Part shown: one piece after another, positions 1 to 8,477 of the stretch | Layout of the letters: each line of letters starts with the position of its first letter | Numbering within the stretch: position 1 is the first letter of the stretch | DNA from: a virus | Lineage: Duplodnaviria; Caudoviricetes | DNA: 25,567 bases | Strand: one strand, 5' to 3' | IMG/VR virus record: IMGVR_UViG_3300005805_008660 | Location: 1 to 25,567 of that record | Notes under the pieces: generated by a model | Told to the model about the DNA's origin: nothing | The model's database searches: none | What the model saw: only the letters and a program-made list of their open reading frames with translations | Translations under genes and position numbers: made by a program

Positions 1-1111
1 ATAATGTACCATTCTCTCTTATAGCTGCAGTGTTGTAGGATCCGGCACTGACCTGACACCAATCAGTAAATCCACCTAGCACACTAACCGGACTACTGAC
101 ACAATACAAATAGCCACCGTTTCCTGTGCCCAATTGACCACATACACCATTGCCCCAAGTCCATAATGTACCATTTTCTCTCACGGCTGCAGTATGATAG
201 CTACCAGCACTGACCTGACACCAATCAGTGAACCCACCTACTACTGATACTGGGCTGGATTGATTAAAATTACAATTGTTGCCTAACCGTCCGTCGGCGC
301 AATTCTGGCCCCAGGTCCATAGGGTTCCGTTGTTTCTAACGGCTGCAACATGGCAACCACCGCTACTGGCACTAACCTGACACCAATCGGTAAATCCACC
401 CACTACCGACACGGGGCTGAGTTTTGAAGTATAATAGCCGGCGGAATTGATGCCTAATTGTCCGCTTGAATTACAGCCCCAAGTCCAAATAGTTCCATTG
501 GCTCTCAGTGCAATACCCACAGTTTTTCCGGTACTAACATCTGTCCAGTCACTGAATCCTGTGTTAACCTTTACAGGTTGAAAAGCTACAAAGTTAACAC
601 CAGGACAAGCAATTGCTCCGCCGCCATATTTTCCCCACCAATATAAATCACCGCACTGATTATCAATGTCCCCGATTATTCCCGCTCCATTGATGGTATT
701 GCAAATTTTAATCCAATTTTTAAATCCCTCAACTTCTTGAATTGGTGAGGTTGCAGGATTGGAGTTATCAGCATATTGAGTAGGTAATATTGTGTTTACT
801 CCCCAGCCATAGACTTCGTGCATACTGGCATCCTGACGAATAAGATCACCATTTAAATCATACCAACCAAACGGTCCTGCAACAAGATGTTTATTGACTT
901 CATCAACAAATATAAGATGACCACAGGCTACACAACCCGAAGCGGTGCTAGGCAATTCACAAGTATAGAGCACACCAGTGGAAAAATTTTCTGATATTCT
1001 ATAATGTGCATCAGCAGATAATAAAATATCCTTGATACAAGTAGTATTATCGATATTGGATATTAGTGTTTCTAAATTTGATTGCAGTGATGATTTGTCT
1101 ATGTTAGGCAT
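1..1111 (-). CDS. RCC1/BLIP-II repeat beta-propeller protein, 3' end truncated by the window edge; probable tail-associated receptor-binding protein
   Basis: Not in the ORF track. ATG at 1111 reads MPNIDKSSLQSNLETLISNIDN..., open to position 2 (~370 codons), with repeats such as SPVSVVGGFTDWCQVSAGSYHTAAVRENGTLWTWG. Paralogous to the two upstream RCC1 genes. Confidence 0.85.
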   Translation of the reverse strand, partial: MPNIDKSSLQSNLETLISNIDNTTCIKDILLSADAHYRISENFSTGVLYTCELPSTASGCVACGHLIFVDEVNKHLVAGPFGWYDLNGDLIRQDASMHEVYGWGVNTILPTQYADNSNPATSPIQEVEGFKNWIKICNTINGAGIIGDIDNQCGDLYWWGKYGGGAIACPGVNFVAFQPVKVNTGFSDWTDVSTGKTVGIALRANGTIWTWGCNSSGQLGINSAGYYTSKLSPVSVVGGFTDWCQVSASSGGCHVAAVRNNGTLWTWGQNCADGRLGNNCNFNQSSPVSVVGGFTDWCQVSAGSYHTAAVRENGTLWTWGNGVCGQLGTGNGGYLYCVSSPVSVLGGFTDWCQVSAGSYNTAAIRENGTL

Positions 1112-1134
1112 AATAACTCAATTCAGTTTAAATA

Positions 1135-1797
1135 TTATCTATTTCCGAATAGTTGTTTCAGCAATGGAGTTTGTTCGTCTACAATTTTAAATTGATCTAG
1201 ATCCTCCAGAGTATTTAATGAATCGACTATATCAGATTTGGCTTTTTCCCAGTCGAATGAAGTTTGAACATGAGAGTTTATTGCAGTAACTACAGATTCA
1301 AGATCACTTTTAGAAATAGTCATCCAGACAGAGCCAAATTTCCAGTTTATTGTATTATTGCTGTCCATATTTAACAATGCTACTCCAATATTGGCTCGAG
1401 TATTTCGATCTGTGGGTATTTGATGTTGTATTCCCTGTATTGTCACAGTAGTTCCGCTGACTTCTTTCGCCCAACGAATTTCTGATATTTTCTTTTTTAG
1501 AATATCTCTAACTGTATCAATCGGTTGATTGCGAACTTGGTATGTTGCTTGCACCGTATCGTTGCTGAGATCCCAGTATGGTCCTTCAAGGTATTGAATT
1601 TTAGATTTGAAAGAAGGTTTAGTTATTTGAGCCACAGATATTCTGGTATTTTGATCGATGATCAAAGGCATTGTAGCCGGCGCATCTACAGGAAGATCGA
1701 ACGTAATTTTTTCTTTTCGTAGAGCATTGTTAAACATGGCAGTATTCCACCCAACAGGGCCTACTATTACTCGGTTTTTATGTACTAAAACAAACAT
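1135..1797 (-). CDS. DUF4376-like tail fibre-associated protein (possible fibre assembly chaperone)
   Basis: C-terminal half ISEIRWAKEVSG...IPTDRNTR...INWKFGSVWMTISKSDL...HVQTSFDWE resembles DUF4376. Purine-rich RBS (AAGGAAACAAGGGG) upstream. Confidence 0.7.
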   Translation of the reverse strand: MFVLVHKNRVIVGPVGWNTAMFNNALRKEKITFDLPVDAPATMPLIIDQNTRISVAQITKPSFKSKIQYLEGPYWDLSNDTVQATYQVRNQPIDTVRDILKKKISEIRWAKEVSGTTVTIQGIQHQIPTDRNTRANIGVALLNMDSNNTINWKFGSVWMTISKSDLESVVTAINSHVQTSFDWEKAKSDIVDSLNTLEDLDQFKIVDEQTPLLKQLFGNR

Positions 1798-1816
1798 TAT
1801 TTTCCCCTTGTTTCCT

Positions 1817-1824
1817 TATTTATA
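1817..1824 (-). promoter_or_regulatory. T4-type late promoter consensus TATAAATA
   Basis: Plus-strand tatttata is TATAAATA on minus, in the gap about 20 nt upstream of the 1797 start. Confidence 0.65.
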
Positions 1825-1825
1825 T

Positions 1826-3166
1826 TTAATTTTCTGCTCTTAATCCGCTGACTACATTGTTGCTTATTGCTACAGAAATCCAATCCAAATGATTACCCAA
1901 GACCGAAACTGGTGATGAAAAATTACTATAAGCTGCTCTAATTTGAAAGTCTGAATTTCCGCCCCACATCCAAGCGGTTCCGTCGGTTCTCAGTGCTACT
2001 GATGTTGCTTCGCCAATACTGACCTGACACCAATCAGTAAATCCACCCACTACCGACACTGGGCTGGATTTATTAGTATTGTTGTTATTGTTGCCCAGTC
2101 GACCAGCGTATACAGCTCCCCAAGTCCATAATGTACCATTCTCTCTTATAGCTGCAGTGTTGTAGGATCCGGCACTGACCTGACACCAATCAGTGAATCC
2201 ACCTACCACTGATACTGGACTACTTTGATCAGTTATTGTTCCGTCCCCCAATCGACCACACTGATTACGGCCCCAGGCCCATAGTGTACCATTCTCTCTT
2301 ATAGCTGCATTGTGTTTACACCCAGCACCGACCTGACACCAATCAGTGAATCCACCTATCACTGATACTGGACTACTTTGATCAGTTATTGTTCCGTCCC
2401 CCAATTGACCATTTGAACTCAGGCCCCAAGTCCATAGTGTACCATTTTCTCTTACGGCTGCAGTATGCTGGTAACCGGCACTGACCTGACACCAATCGGT
2501 AAATCCACCTACAACTGATACTGGGCTGCTTTTTGCAGTGTAGGATCCTCCTTCGTTGTTGCCTAGTCGCCCATAGGATTCACGTCCCCAGGTCCATAAT
2601 GTACCATTTGCCCTCACGGCTGCAGTATGCTGGGGACCGGCACTGACCTGACACCAATCTGTAAATCCACCCACTACCGACACTGGACTTTGCGAGTAGG
2701 AGTAGGAATTATTTCCTAATTTTCCGTTGCTGCCATCGCCCCATGCCCATAACGTACCATCGGACCTAATTCCCATTTCATGACATCCAAATTTGGAAAG
2801 ATCGAATTGAGTCCAATCGTCAAACTCTGCCCAAAAATAAGGCACAGGAGTCTCATCGCCGATAAACCCTACAGTTAGATCATATGCGTTACCCCAAAGA
2901 TATAGAGAACCACCGCCGGCTGCCTCCTTTAACGATATCCATTCTGTTCCGTTACTATAATATACAGTGTTGGTATCAATAACATAATAAATTTCTCCTT
3001 CAACACCAGTTGCATCGGGCAAATCTGCAACAGCATCTACGGTGCTGACCCATTGATTTTTTAATTTAGATAAAATTTTTGAATAGATTAAAAGTTGTTC
3101 TCTATCAGTCACTGAAGAAACTTGTTCTGATATTAAAAACTCTAAATCTGTTAAATTAATTGTCAT
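1826..3166 (-). CDS. RCC1 repeat beta-propeller protein with N-terminal tail-attachment-like domain
   Basis: Five SPVSV(V/I)GGFTDWCQV...GTLWTWG...GxLG repeats plus degenerate ones. N-terminal LPDATGVEGEIYYV...YYSNGTEW motif. Confidence 0.88.
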   Translation of the reverse strand: MTINLTDLEFLISEQVSSVTDREQLLIYSKILSKLKNQWVSTVDAVADLPDATGVEGEIYYVIDTNTVYYSNGTEWISLKEAAGGGSLYLWGNAYDLTVGFIGDETPVPYFWAEFDDWTQFDLSKFGCHEMGIRSDGTLWAWGDGSNGKLGNNSYSYSQSPVSVVGGFTDWCQVSAGPQHTAAVRANGTLWTWGRESYGRLGNNEGGSYTAKSSPVSVVGGFTDWCQVSAGYQHTAAVRENGTLWTWGLSSNGQLGDGTITDQSSPVSVIGGFTDWCQVGAGCKHNAAIRENGTLWAWGRNQCGRLGDGTITDQSSPVSVVGGFTDWCQVSAGSYNTAAIRENGTLWTWGAVYAGRLGNNNNNTNKSSPVSVVGGFTDWCQVSIGEATSVALRTDGTAWMWGGNSDFQIRAAYSNFSSPVSVLGNHLDWISVAISNNVVSGLRAEN

Positions 3167-3185
3167 TTATGTTCCTTCATTATCC

Positions 3186-4634
3186 TTATACTGCGCGAAG
3201 ACCTAACGTAGTGCTATATATATTTGCATGTGTAACTTTAACCCAATCAGTAAACCCACCCACTACTGATACTGGACTGGACTTAGACCCACTCGGCCCT
3301 CCGTCTCCTAAATATATACCAAAGGTTGTACAGGAATCTCCCCAGACCCATAATGTGCCATCGGTCCGTACAGCGCCTGTTTGAAGGGTACCCACTGAAA
3401 CCTGACACCAATCAGTAAATCCGCCCACAACACTGACCGGACTACTTCGAGTAACCGCAAATCCGTCGCCTACCATCCCGCCATAAGGAAAACTGCTATT
3501 ACTTAATCCCCAAGCCCATAATGTTCCGTTGGATCTAATTCCAGCAGAATTTTGTAACCCCCCAGCACTGACCTGACACCAATCTGTGAATCCGCCTACT
3601 ACGGATACTGGACTGGCTACACATCCAAAACCAACATCACGACCTAATTTTCCGTTTGCATCACAGCCCCAAGCCCAGGCGGTGCCATCAGTTCTAATTG
3701 CCATATTATGATTACCACCGGCACTGACCTGACACCAATCTGTGAATCCGCCCACTACGGATACTGGACTGGAAAAGCTAGTTCCGATATAACCCATGCC
3801 TAATTGGCCTCGATTATTAAATCCCCACGCCCATAATGTGCCATCACATCTAAGTCCTACACTATGTTGCATTCCGGCAGTGATTTTCCACCAATCAGTA
3901 AATCCACCTACTACCGATACTGGACTGGAAATAAATGCACCAGAACCGACAGCGTTAATTCCTAACTCGCCACTGTAGTTACGTCCCCAAGCCCAGGCCG
4001 TACCATCGGATCTCAATCCTAAACTATGACCACCAACATAGCTAGTAGAACTATTACCTGCAGAAATAGCACACCAATCAGTAAATCCACCTACCACGCT
4101 GACTGGACTACTTTGATTACCATATTTTCCACCACAATTATTGCCCAGCTCGCCATATTTATTACCACCCCAGGCCCAAATGGTTCCATCAATTCTTAAT
4201 CCTAATACATGATATTCTCCGCCGTTAACATCAATCCAATCAGTAAATCCACCTACCACACTGACTGGACTGGACCGATTGGTTGAAGTGCCATCGCCTA
4301 TAGTTCCTGTTGGATAACCGCCCCCAGCAGGAACGCAGTTATTTCCCCAACCATACAATGGCCCAGCTGGAATGGGAGGAATTGGTGCTGGTGTAAAACA
4401 GGTATTCCAAGTATTTCCATTGCTTTTATAATATTGACAAACATCCTCAACATAAATCAAACGACCTTGATTATCGCTAGCTAGTGGCAAAGCTGAGACT
4501 GTGGCTACACTGAAATTTTCTAAATTTTCTAAGACATCGATAGTGCCAGCCATTTGAGAAATTTCAAACGAATCATTGGCAGTCGCTGCTAGAGATTGTA
4601 CTTTATCAACAAATTGTTTAACTGAAATCGGCAT
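3186..4634 (-). CDS. RCC1 repeat beta-propeller protein (7 repeats)
   Basis: Seven SPVSVVGGFTDW repeats. N-terminal LPLASDNQGRLIYVED...YKSNGNTW. RBS AGGA upstream. Confidence 0.88.
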   Translation of the reverse strand: MPISVKQFVDKVQSLAATANDSFEISQMAGTIDVLENLENFSVATVSALPLASDNQGRLIYVEDVCQYYKSNGNTWNTCFTPAPIPPIPAGPLYGWGNNCVPAGGGYPTGTIGDGTSTNRSSPVSVVGGFTDWIDVNGGEYHVLGLRIDGTIWAWGGNKYGELGNNCGGKYGNQSSPVSVVGGFTDWCAISAGNSSTSYVGGHSLGLRSDGTAWAWGRNYSGELGINAVGSGAFISSPVSVVGGFTDWWKITAGMQHSVGLRCDGTLWAWGFNNRGQLGMGYIGTSFSSPVSVVGGFTDWCQVSAGGNHNMAIRTDGTAWAWGCDANGKLGRDVGFGCVASPVSVVGGFTDWCQVSAGGLQNSAGIRSNGTLWAWGLSNSSFPYGGMVGDGFAVTRSSPVSVVGGFTDWCQVSVGTLQTGAVRTDGTLWVWGDSCTTFGIYLGDGGPSGSKSSPVSVVGGFTDWVKVTHANIYSTTLGLRAV

Positions 4635-4646
4635 TGTTGTTCCTAA

Positions 4647-4859
4647 TCAAATATTTAGCAATGCAAATGTGGTAGCATAAGGGTCAGTGGGTGTAAACAA
4701 TATACCATTTTGATATATATCACCCTGTACATTTAGATTTTTTGCTATACCCACACCACCGGCTACAATCAAAGCGCCAGTTGAGCTGGAAGTAGATTCA
4801 GTATCAGAACCCACAACTAAACCATTTTTAACTTTAAAATCTTTGTCTATTGTTGCCAT
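4647..4859 (-). CDS. Small tail-fibre-like protein
   Basis: MATIDKDFKVKNGL N-terminus followed by one STSSSTGALIVAGGVGIAKNLNV unit, a motif typical of viral fibre repeats. Confidence 0.6.
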   Translation of the reverse strand: MATIDKDFKVKNGLVVGSDTESTSSSTGALIVAGGVGIAKNLNVQGDIYQNGILFTPTDPYATTFALLNI

Positions 4860-4906
4860 AAAGTTTCCCTTTCCACTTTACAACGTCTAATAATTAGATA
4901 TTGTTT

Positions 4907-5383
4907 TTATGCGGTAATCGACATCCTTACTAATTTTATTATCATACTAGTAGCACCGGTTGGTGTAAATTTTAATGTCAATACACTGCCCGATAATGTT
5001 ACTGTAAATTCTCCTAATTCTGATCCACTGGTAATAATACCGTATTCAGTGATATATGCATTGGTTCCATTATGTGTTACAATAATTTCACTGCTATGAA
5101 CTGCCGCACCATCCACTATTTGTGCAAGATATTTGGCAGTTCTATGTTCAGTGGCATCGAAACTATCTAGACTGGTCAATGACGTACCAGTTATGATTCC
5201 ACTTTCGTATTGTAAAATATTAAAAACCGACCCGCCACTGACTAACGGAATTCCACCGGGGGTTGATCCATCATGAACACGTATCGTTTGTAGATCAGTA
5301 TCAACGGTAATTTCACCGATAGCACCAGTAAATGTACTGTGTTGAACTGTTGAACCACGACGTAATTGTAATTGAATAGCCAT
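4907..5383 (-). CDS. Major tropism determinant N-terminal domain (Mtd_N) protein with C-terminal beta-rich domain; virion/tail protein
   Basis: QLQLRRGSTVQHSTFTGAIGEITVDTD...RVHDGSTPGG matches Mtd_N. The ATG at 5383 with AGGA upstream is preferred over the TTG at 5389. Confidence 0.78.
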   Translation of the reverse strand: MAIQLQLRRGSTVQHSTFTGAIGEITVDTDLQTIRVHDGSTPGGIPLVSGGSVFNILQYESGIITGTSLTSLDSFDATEHRTAKYLAQIVDGAAVHSSEIIVTHNGTNAYITEYGIITSGSELGEFTVTLSGSVLTLKFTPTGATSMIIKLVRMSITA

Positions 5384-5405
5384 ACTCAATTAATCCTATT
5401 TTGTT

Positions 5406-5413
5406 TATTTATG
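5406..5413 (-). promoter_or_regulatory. Late-promoter-like box CATAAATA
   Basis: One mismatch to TATAAATA, about 22 nt upstream of the 5383 start. Confidence 0.5.
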
Positions 5414-5569
5414 AAAAATATTAAATTACTCAAGTATAGATTAACTAAAAATAGGACTTGTTTAATACTTTTTGTTAGCATATGAACTCTTAAATTGTTT
5501 TTTAAATAATTTTTTTTATATTTATGAAAAACATAAAATTATTTAAGAGCACATCGATGAACTTTTAAA

Positions 5570-6133
5570 TCACTCACGTAAATAAATTTTAGTTCTATTA
5601 GGATACCAAACACGATTATAAGTAAAATCTGCTATACTGATCGAAATGTTATTAGTCTTCCCATAGGGTAAAATTTTCTCAACAATCTCTTTTTTTGTTA
5701 CAACAATTTCTAGTAAATATTTTTTTAAATTAGTAACACTTCGACTAATTCTTTCTTCAGATTCTCTTCCGTGATTTACTATTATTTTTTGTACTTCCTG
5801 GGGAGAGTGTGTTACCCCATGAACTTTTTGATACCAATCATAAACTTTTTTACCCTCAACCGGTTTCCCGCCAAAAGATTTAAAATTTTGAAACCAGCCC
5901 GCAGATAATTTTAAAGAATAGTTATAACAAAGTTTTTCGCGATCAAATACAAGAACGCAGTTAGCACCAAAAACCTCAGTTATATAACAATGATTTTTGT
6001 CTCGAGTAAAGTATATAAAATTATTAAACCCAACATCAGGACCTATATTAATAAAACCAACATTGAGACTGTCTCTGCTTAATATGTTTTTTAATCGATA
6101 AAGTTTTGTAAAATGAAATAATTGACTAACCAT
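5570..6133 (-). CDS. Hypothetical protein with ADP-ribosyltransferase-fold-like motifs
   Basis: Start re-assigned to the ATG at 6133 (AGGAAGAAAATG) because the 6172 ATG lies inside a terminator. Motifs LFHFT...IL, IYFTRD and ESEERI. Confidence 0.5.
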   Translation of the reverse strand: MVSQLFHFTKLYRLKNILSRDSLNVGFINIGPDVGFNNFIYFTRDKNHCYITEVFGANCVLVFDREKLCYNYSLKLSAGWFQNFKSFGGKPVEGKKVYDWYQKVHGVTHSPQEVQKIIVNHGRESEERISRSVTNLKKYLLEIVVTKKEIVEKILPYGKTNNISISIADFTYNRVWYPNRTKIYLRE

Positions 6134-6160
6134 TTTCTTCCTAGATCGCTTATATCTATA

Positions 6161-6193
6161 AAAAAATAGCATAAGCGAAAACTTATGCTATTT
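6161..6193 (-). terminator. Rho-independent terminator downstream of the modification operon
   Basis: Perfect 12-bp stem AAATAGCATAAG / CTTATGCTATTT with loop TTTTCG, running into a T tract on the minus strand. Confidence 0.75.
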
Positions 6194-6314
6194 AATTGAA
6201 AAAATATTCGAAATAAAAAAAGTATTAGATCGCTTGTTTTGAACTATTTTTTTAATTGATCAGCAAACAAATTTACTGTATCTTTTTTGTCAATTTGAAA
6301 ATTTATTTTTTCTG

Positions 6315-6593
6315 TCAGCTTTGTTGGGGCAATACAGCTTTACCATTGGTAATAGCAGCAGTAAGATCAGTTATGTCTCCGCCTAGACTGACCACATCTG
6401 GATTAGCTACAACTAACTCTAAATGTGCAACATTGCGTTCAATATTGCCTTTCATTTCGTCAGTTAAAACATTGTTATTTGCTGCATATTTGGCTAATTC
6501 ATCGTTAACAACCCAAACACTGTCTCTGGCTGCACGAACAGTATTTGTTACACGTTGTTCTGGTGTTAATTCTGTATCAGGTAAAAAATTCAT
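6315..6593 (-). CDS. Hypothetical helical protein, coupled to the sulfotransferase
   Basis: Start lies 1 nt after the sulfotransferase stop, with AGGAG RBS inside the upstream gene end. Composition is protein-like. Confidence 0.75.
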   Translation of the reverse strand: MNFLPDTELTPEQRVTNTVRAARDSVWVVNDELAKYAANNNVLTDEMKGNIERNVAHLELVVANPDVVSLGGDITDLTAAITNGKAVLPQQS

Positions 6594-6594
6594 T

Positions 6595-7560
6595 TTATGC
6601 TCCTATAATTTTAGTATCATCGACAGACTTGTCGGAATCAAATATTGTTTCTTCGGTTTCGGCTGATATTTCTTCATCTGAATTATATTCCTGATCTAAT
6701 TCACGCCAAAACTCAGTTCCACGACATTTGTTTAAAATATTTTCAGACAATATTTCACTAGGATCTGCTGATACTTTATTTATATTTTCTCTTACATTAT
6801 GCATATCAGCTAAACCATATATCTCACTATCCCTCTCTTGATGCAAGTTTTCAACCTTAGAAAAATCATGATTATAGTATTCTTCTCCCAAGAAAGTGTA
6901 GATTTTACGCATAGTTTCTTCAGGATTATTAATTAACTCGTCATATTCAACAAAATGCAATGATTTTTGCTTACCTTCCATGATGACCTGTTTCAATCCA
7001 TTATAACTTTGTCCTAGTATACCCATTGGACTAGCTAAAAATTCACAGCGAGCATCATCATTTAATGGCATATTACTTTTAATTAACATCTCATCGATGA
7101 AATTAATTTTACCCGATCCAGTATAAGGATTACGACGATGCATAGTAATAAACGAAGTTAAAATTTCATCTATGTTTCTTACCGGACAAATAACTTTGGG
7201 CTCTATACCAAAATATCCATTAATATAATGTAGTCGATTTACCCAACTACGGTTCTTATCAAAGATAACCGGTTTTTCAACATCACTATAAAAATTAACT
7301 ATTACACTGGCAATTATTTTAGCTGCTTGCTCGGGTTTTGGATATGCTAAAAATAATTCATCATTAGCTAATGAATTTTCAAGAGCTAACATGGTAGGAA
7401 CCACAGGAGAACTAGGTCCAGAATAAAATCTAGGATTTTGATTTAATATACTGCTTAATAATGTACTACCGGACCGTGGTAATCCTGACATAAAATAGTA
7501 GGTTTTAGCCATACTACGTCTAACTTCGTCTCGAATAATTTGTTCAATCATTTCTTTCAT
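6595..7560 (-). CDS. PAPS-dependent sulfotransferase family protein
   Basis: 5'-PSB loop GLPRSGSTLL, DKNRSW, 3'-PB motif VRNIDEILTS, and VEYDELINNPEETMRKIYTFLG. Confidence 0.88.
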   Translation of the reverse strand: MKEMIEQIIRDEVRRSMAKTYYFMSGLPRSGSTLLSSILNQNPRFYSGPSSPVVPTMLALENSLANDELFLAYPKPEQAAKIIASVIVNFYSDVEKPVIFDKNRSWVNRLHYINGYFGIEPKVICPVRNIDEILTSFITMHRRNPYTGSGKINFIDEMLIKSNMPLNDDARCEFLASPMGILGQSYNGLKQVIMEGKQKSLHFVEYDELINNPEETMRKIYTFLGEEYYNHDFSKVENLHQERDSEIYGLADMHNVRENINKVSADPSEILSENILNKCRGTEFWRELDQEYNSDEEISAETEETIFDSDKSVDDTKIIGA

Positions 7561-7574
7561 TTAAAAACTCACTC

Positions 7575-8477
7575 CTATTTTTGAGTATCAATTGATTTAA
7601 TAATTTTATCCATATCAAAAAGTTTTTGATCTTCGGCAAATGGATATTCTAATTCATTTCCATTAAAATCGAAATCAAACAAATAACTTCCTGGTAATTT
7701 AAAATCATATGGTATTTCAGTATTTATATTGTCATGCAGATCATAGCCAAAAACTTTTGGACTGGTACCATTCCATAATACAGTTGAGGGTTTTTTTAAT
7801 GCCGCGGCTGCATGTTGCAAACAAGAATCGATTAATATTCGTTTTTTACTGTGTAGTAATAAACTGAACAATTCCATTAAAGTCAACGATGATTGTTGTG
7901 TAGCAAATATCGGGTCAGCATGTTGAAGCTTGGGCGAATTAAGTTTTGTAACCTGATATATATGATAATCACGCCGATAGTGATCTACTATTTCTTGTGC
8001 AATATCCTCGGGCATATCTCTGGTCCAAGAATACGGTTTAGCGTCTGTGGTCATTACTCCACCATTGGTATGTATAACCATAATAGGTTTAGTTCTTGAC
8101 CAAAACTTTTTACTTAGATCAAATTGTAATTTATTAAACTTTATAGTAGGCCATTCATTGTTATACTTTAAACCATACATATCACACCAGTTTTCTATCA
8201 AACGTTTACGTTTATGGATATGATTTGTAGTATAGTATGGTTCATGATGAAAAATAATCGAATCTTTATCTTGAATATAATTTTGATAAAAATAGTTTGT
8301 GTTACCAATTTGGTATACACGATCCACAAAATCAAGATTAATGAATATTTCTGGATAGGCACAAACTACAATTAGTTTTCTATTAAGATGATTATTTTTA
8401 ATAGCTCTAGCAACTGCGGTCGCGGCCACATGTTTTCCAATTCCGCCTTGTAAATGAAATATACTGTATTTGCTCAT
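7575..8477 (-). CDS. GT-B glycosyltransferase, GT9 (heptosyltransferase)-like
   Basis: N-terminal GGIGKHVAATAV and C-terminal IDSCLQHAAAALKKPSTVLW resemble the GT9 GIGD and DSGPMHLAAALGxP motifs. Confidence 0.72.
   Translation of the reverse strand: MSKYSIFHLQGGIGKHVAATAVARAIKNNHLNRKLIVVCAYPEIFINLDFVDRVYQIGNTNYFYQNYIQDKDSIIFHHEPYYTTNHIHKRKRLIENWCDMYGLKYNNEWPTIKFNKLQFDLSKKFWSRTKPIMVIHTNGGVMTTDAKPYSWTRDMPEDIAQEIVDHYRRDYHIYQVTKLNSPKLQHADPIFATQQSSLTLMELFSLLLHSKKRILIDSCLQHAAAALKKPSTVLWNGTSPKVFGYDLHDNINTEIPYDFKLPGSYLFDFDFNGNELEYPFAEDQKLFDMDKIIKSIDTQK

Noticed and set aside
2177-2411. Near-identical ~80-bp pair differing at A/G positions on the coding strand, as in a DGR template/variable repeat
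   Set aside because: Only two differences, both copies are coding blades of one gene, and the window has no reverse transcriptase or non-coding template. The Mtd_N gene lacks a C-type lectin variable region.
1-4300. Regularly spaced ~20-30 bp repeats resembling a CRISPR array
   Set aside because: Spacing is ~150-170 bp, the repeats are in-frame RCC1 coding motifs, and no cas genes are present.
6134-6172. Longer N-terminus (MLFFYRYKRSRKK) for the 5570 ORF
   Set aside because: That ATG lies in the terminator stem. The ATG at 6133 has a proper AGGA RBS.
6256-6666. 136-aa plus-strand ORF and other short plus-strand ORFs in 1525-8636
   Set aside because: Antisense to well-supported minus-strand genes, with no recognisable motifs.
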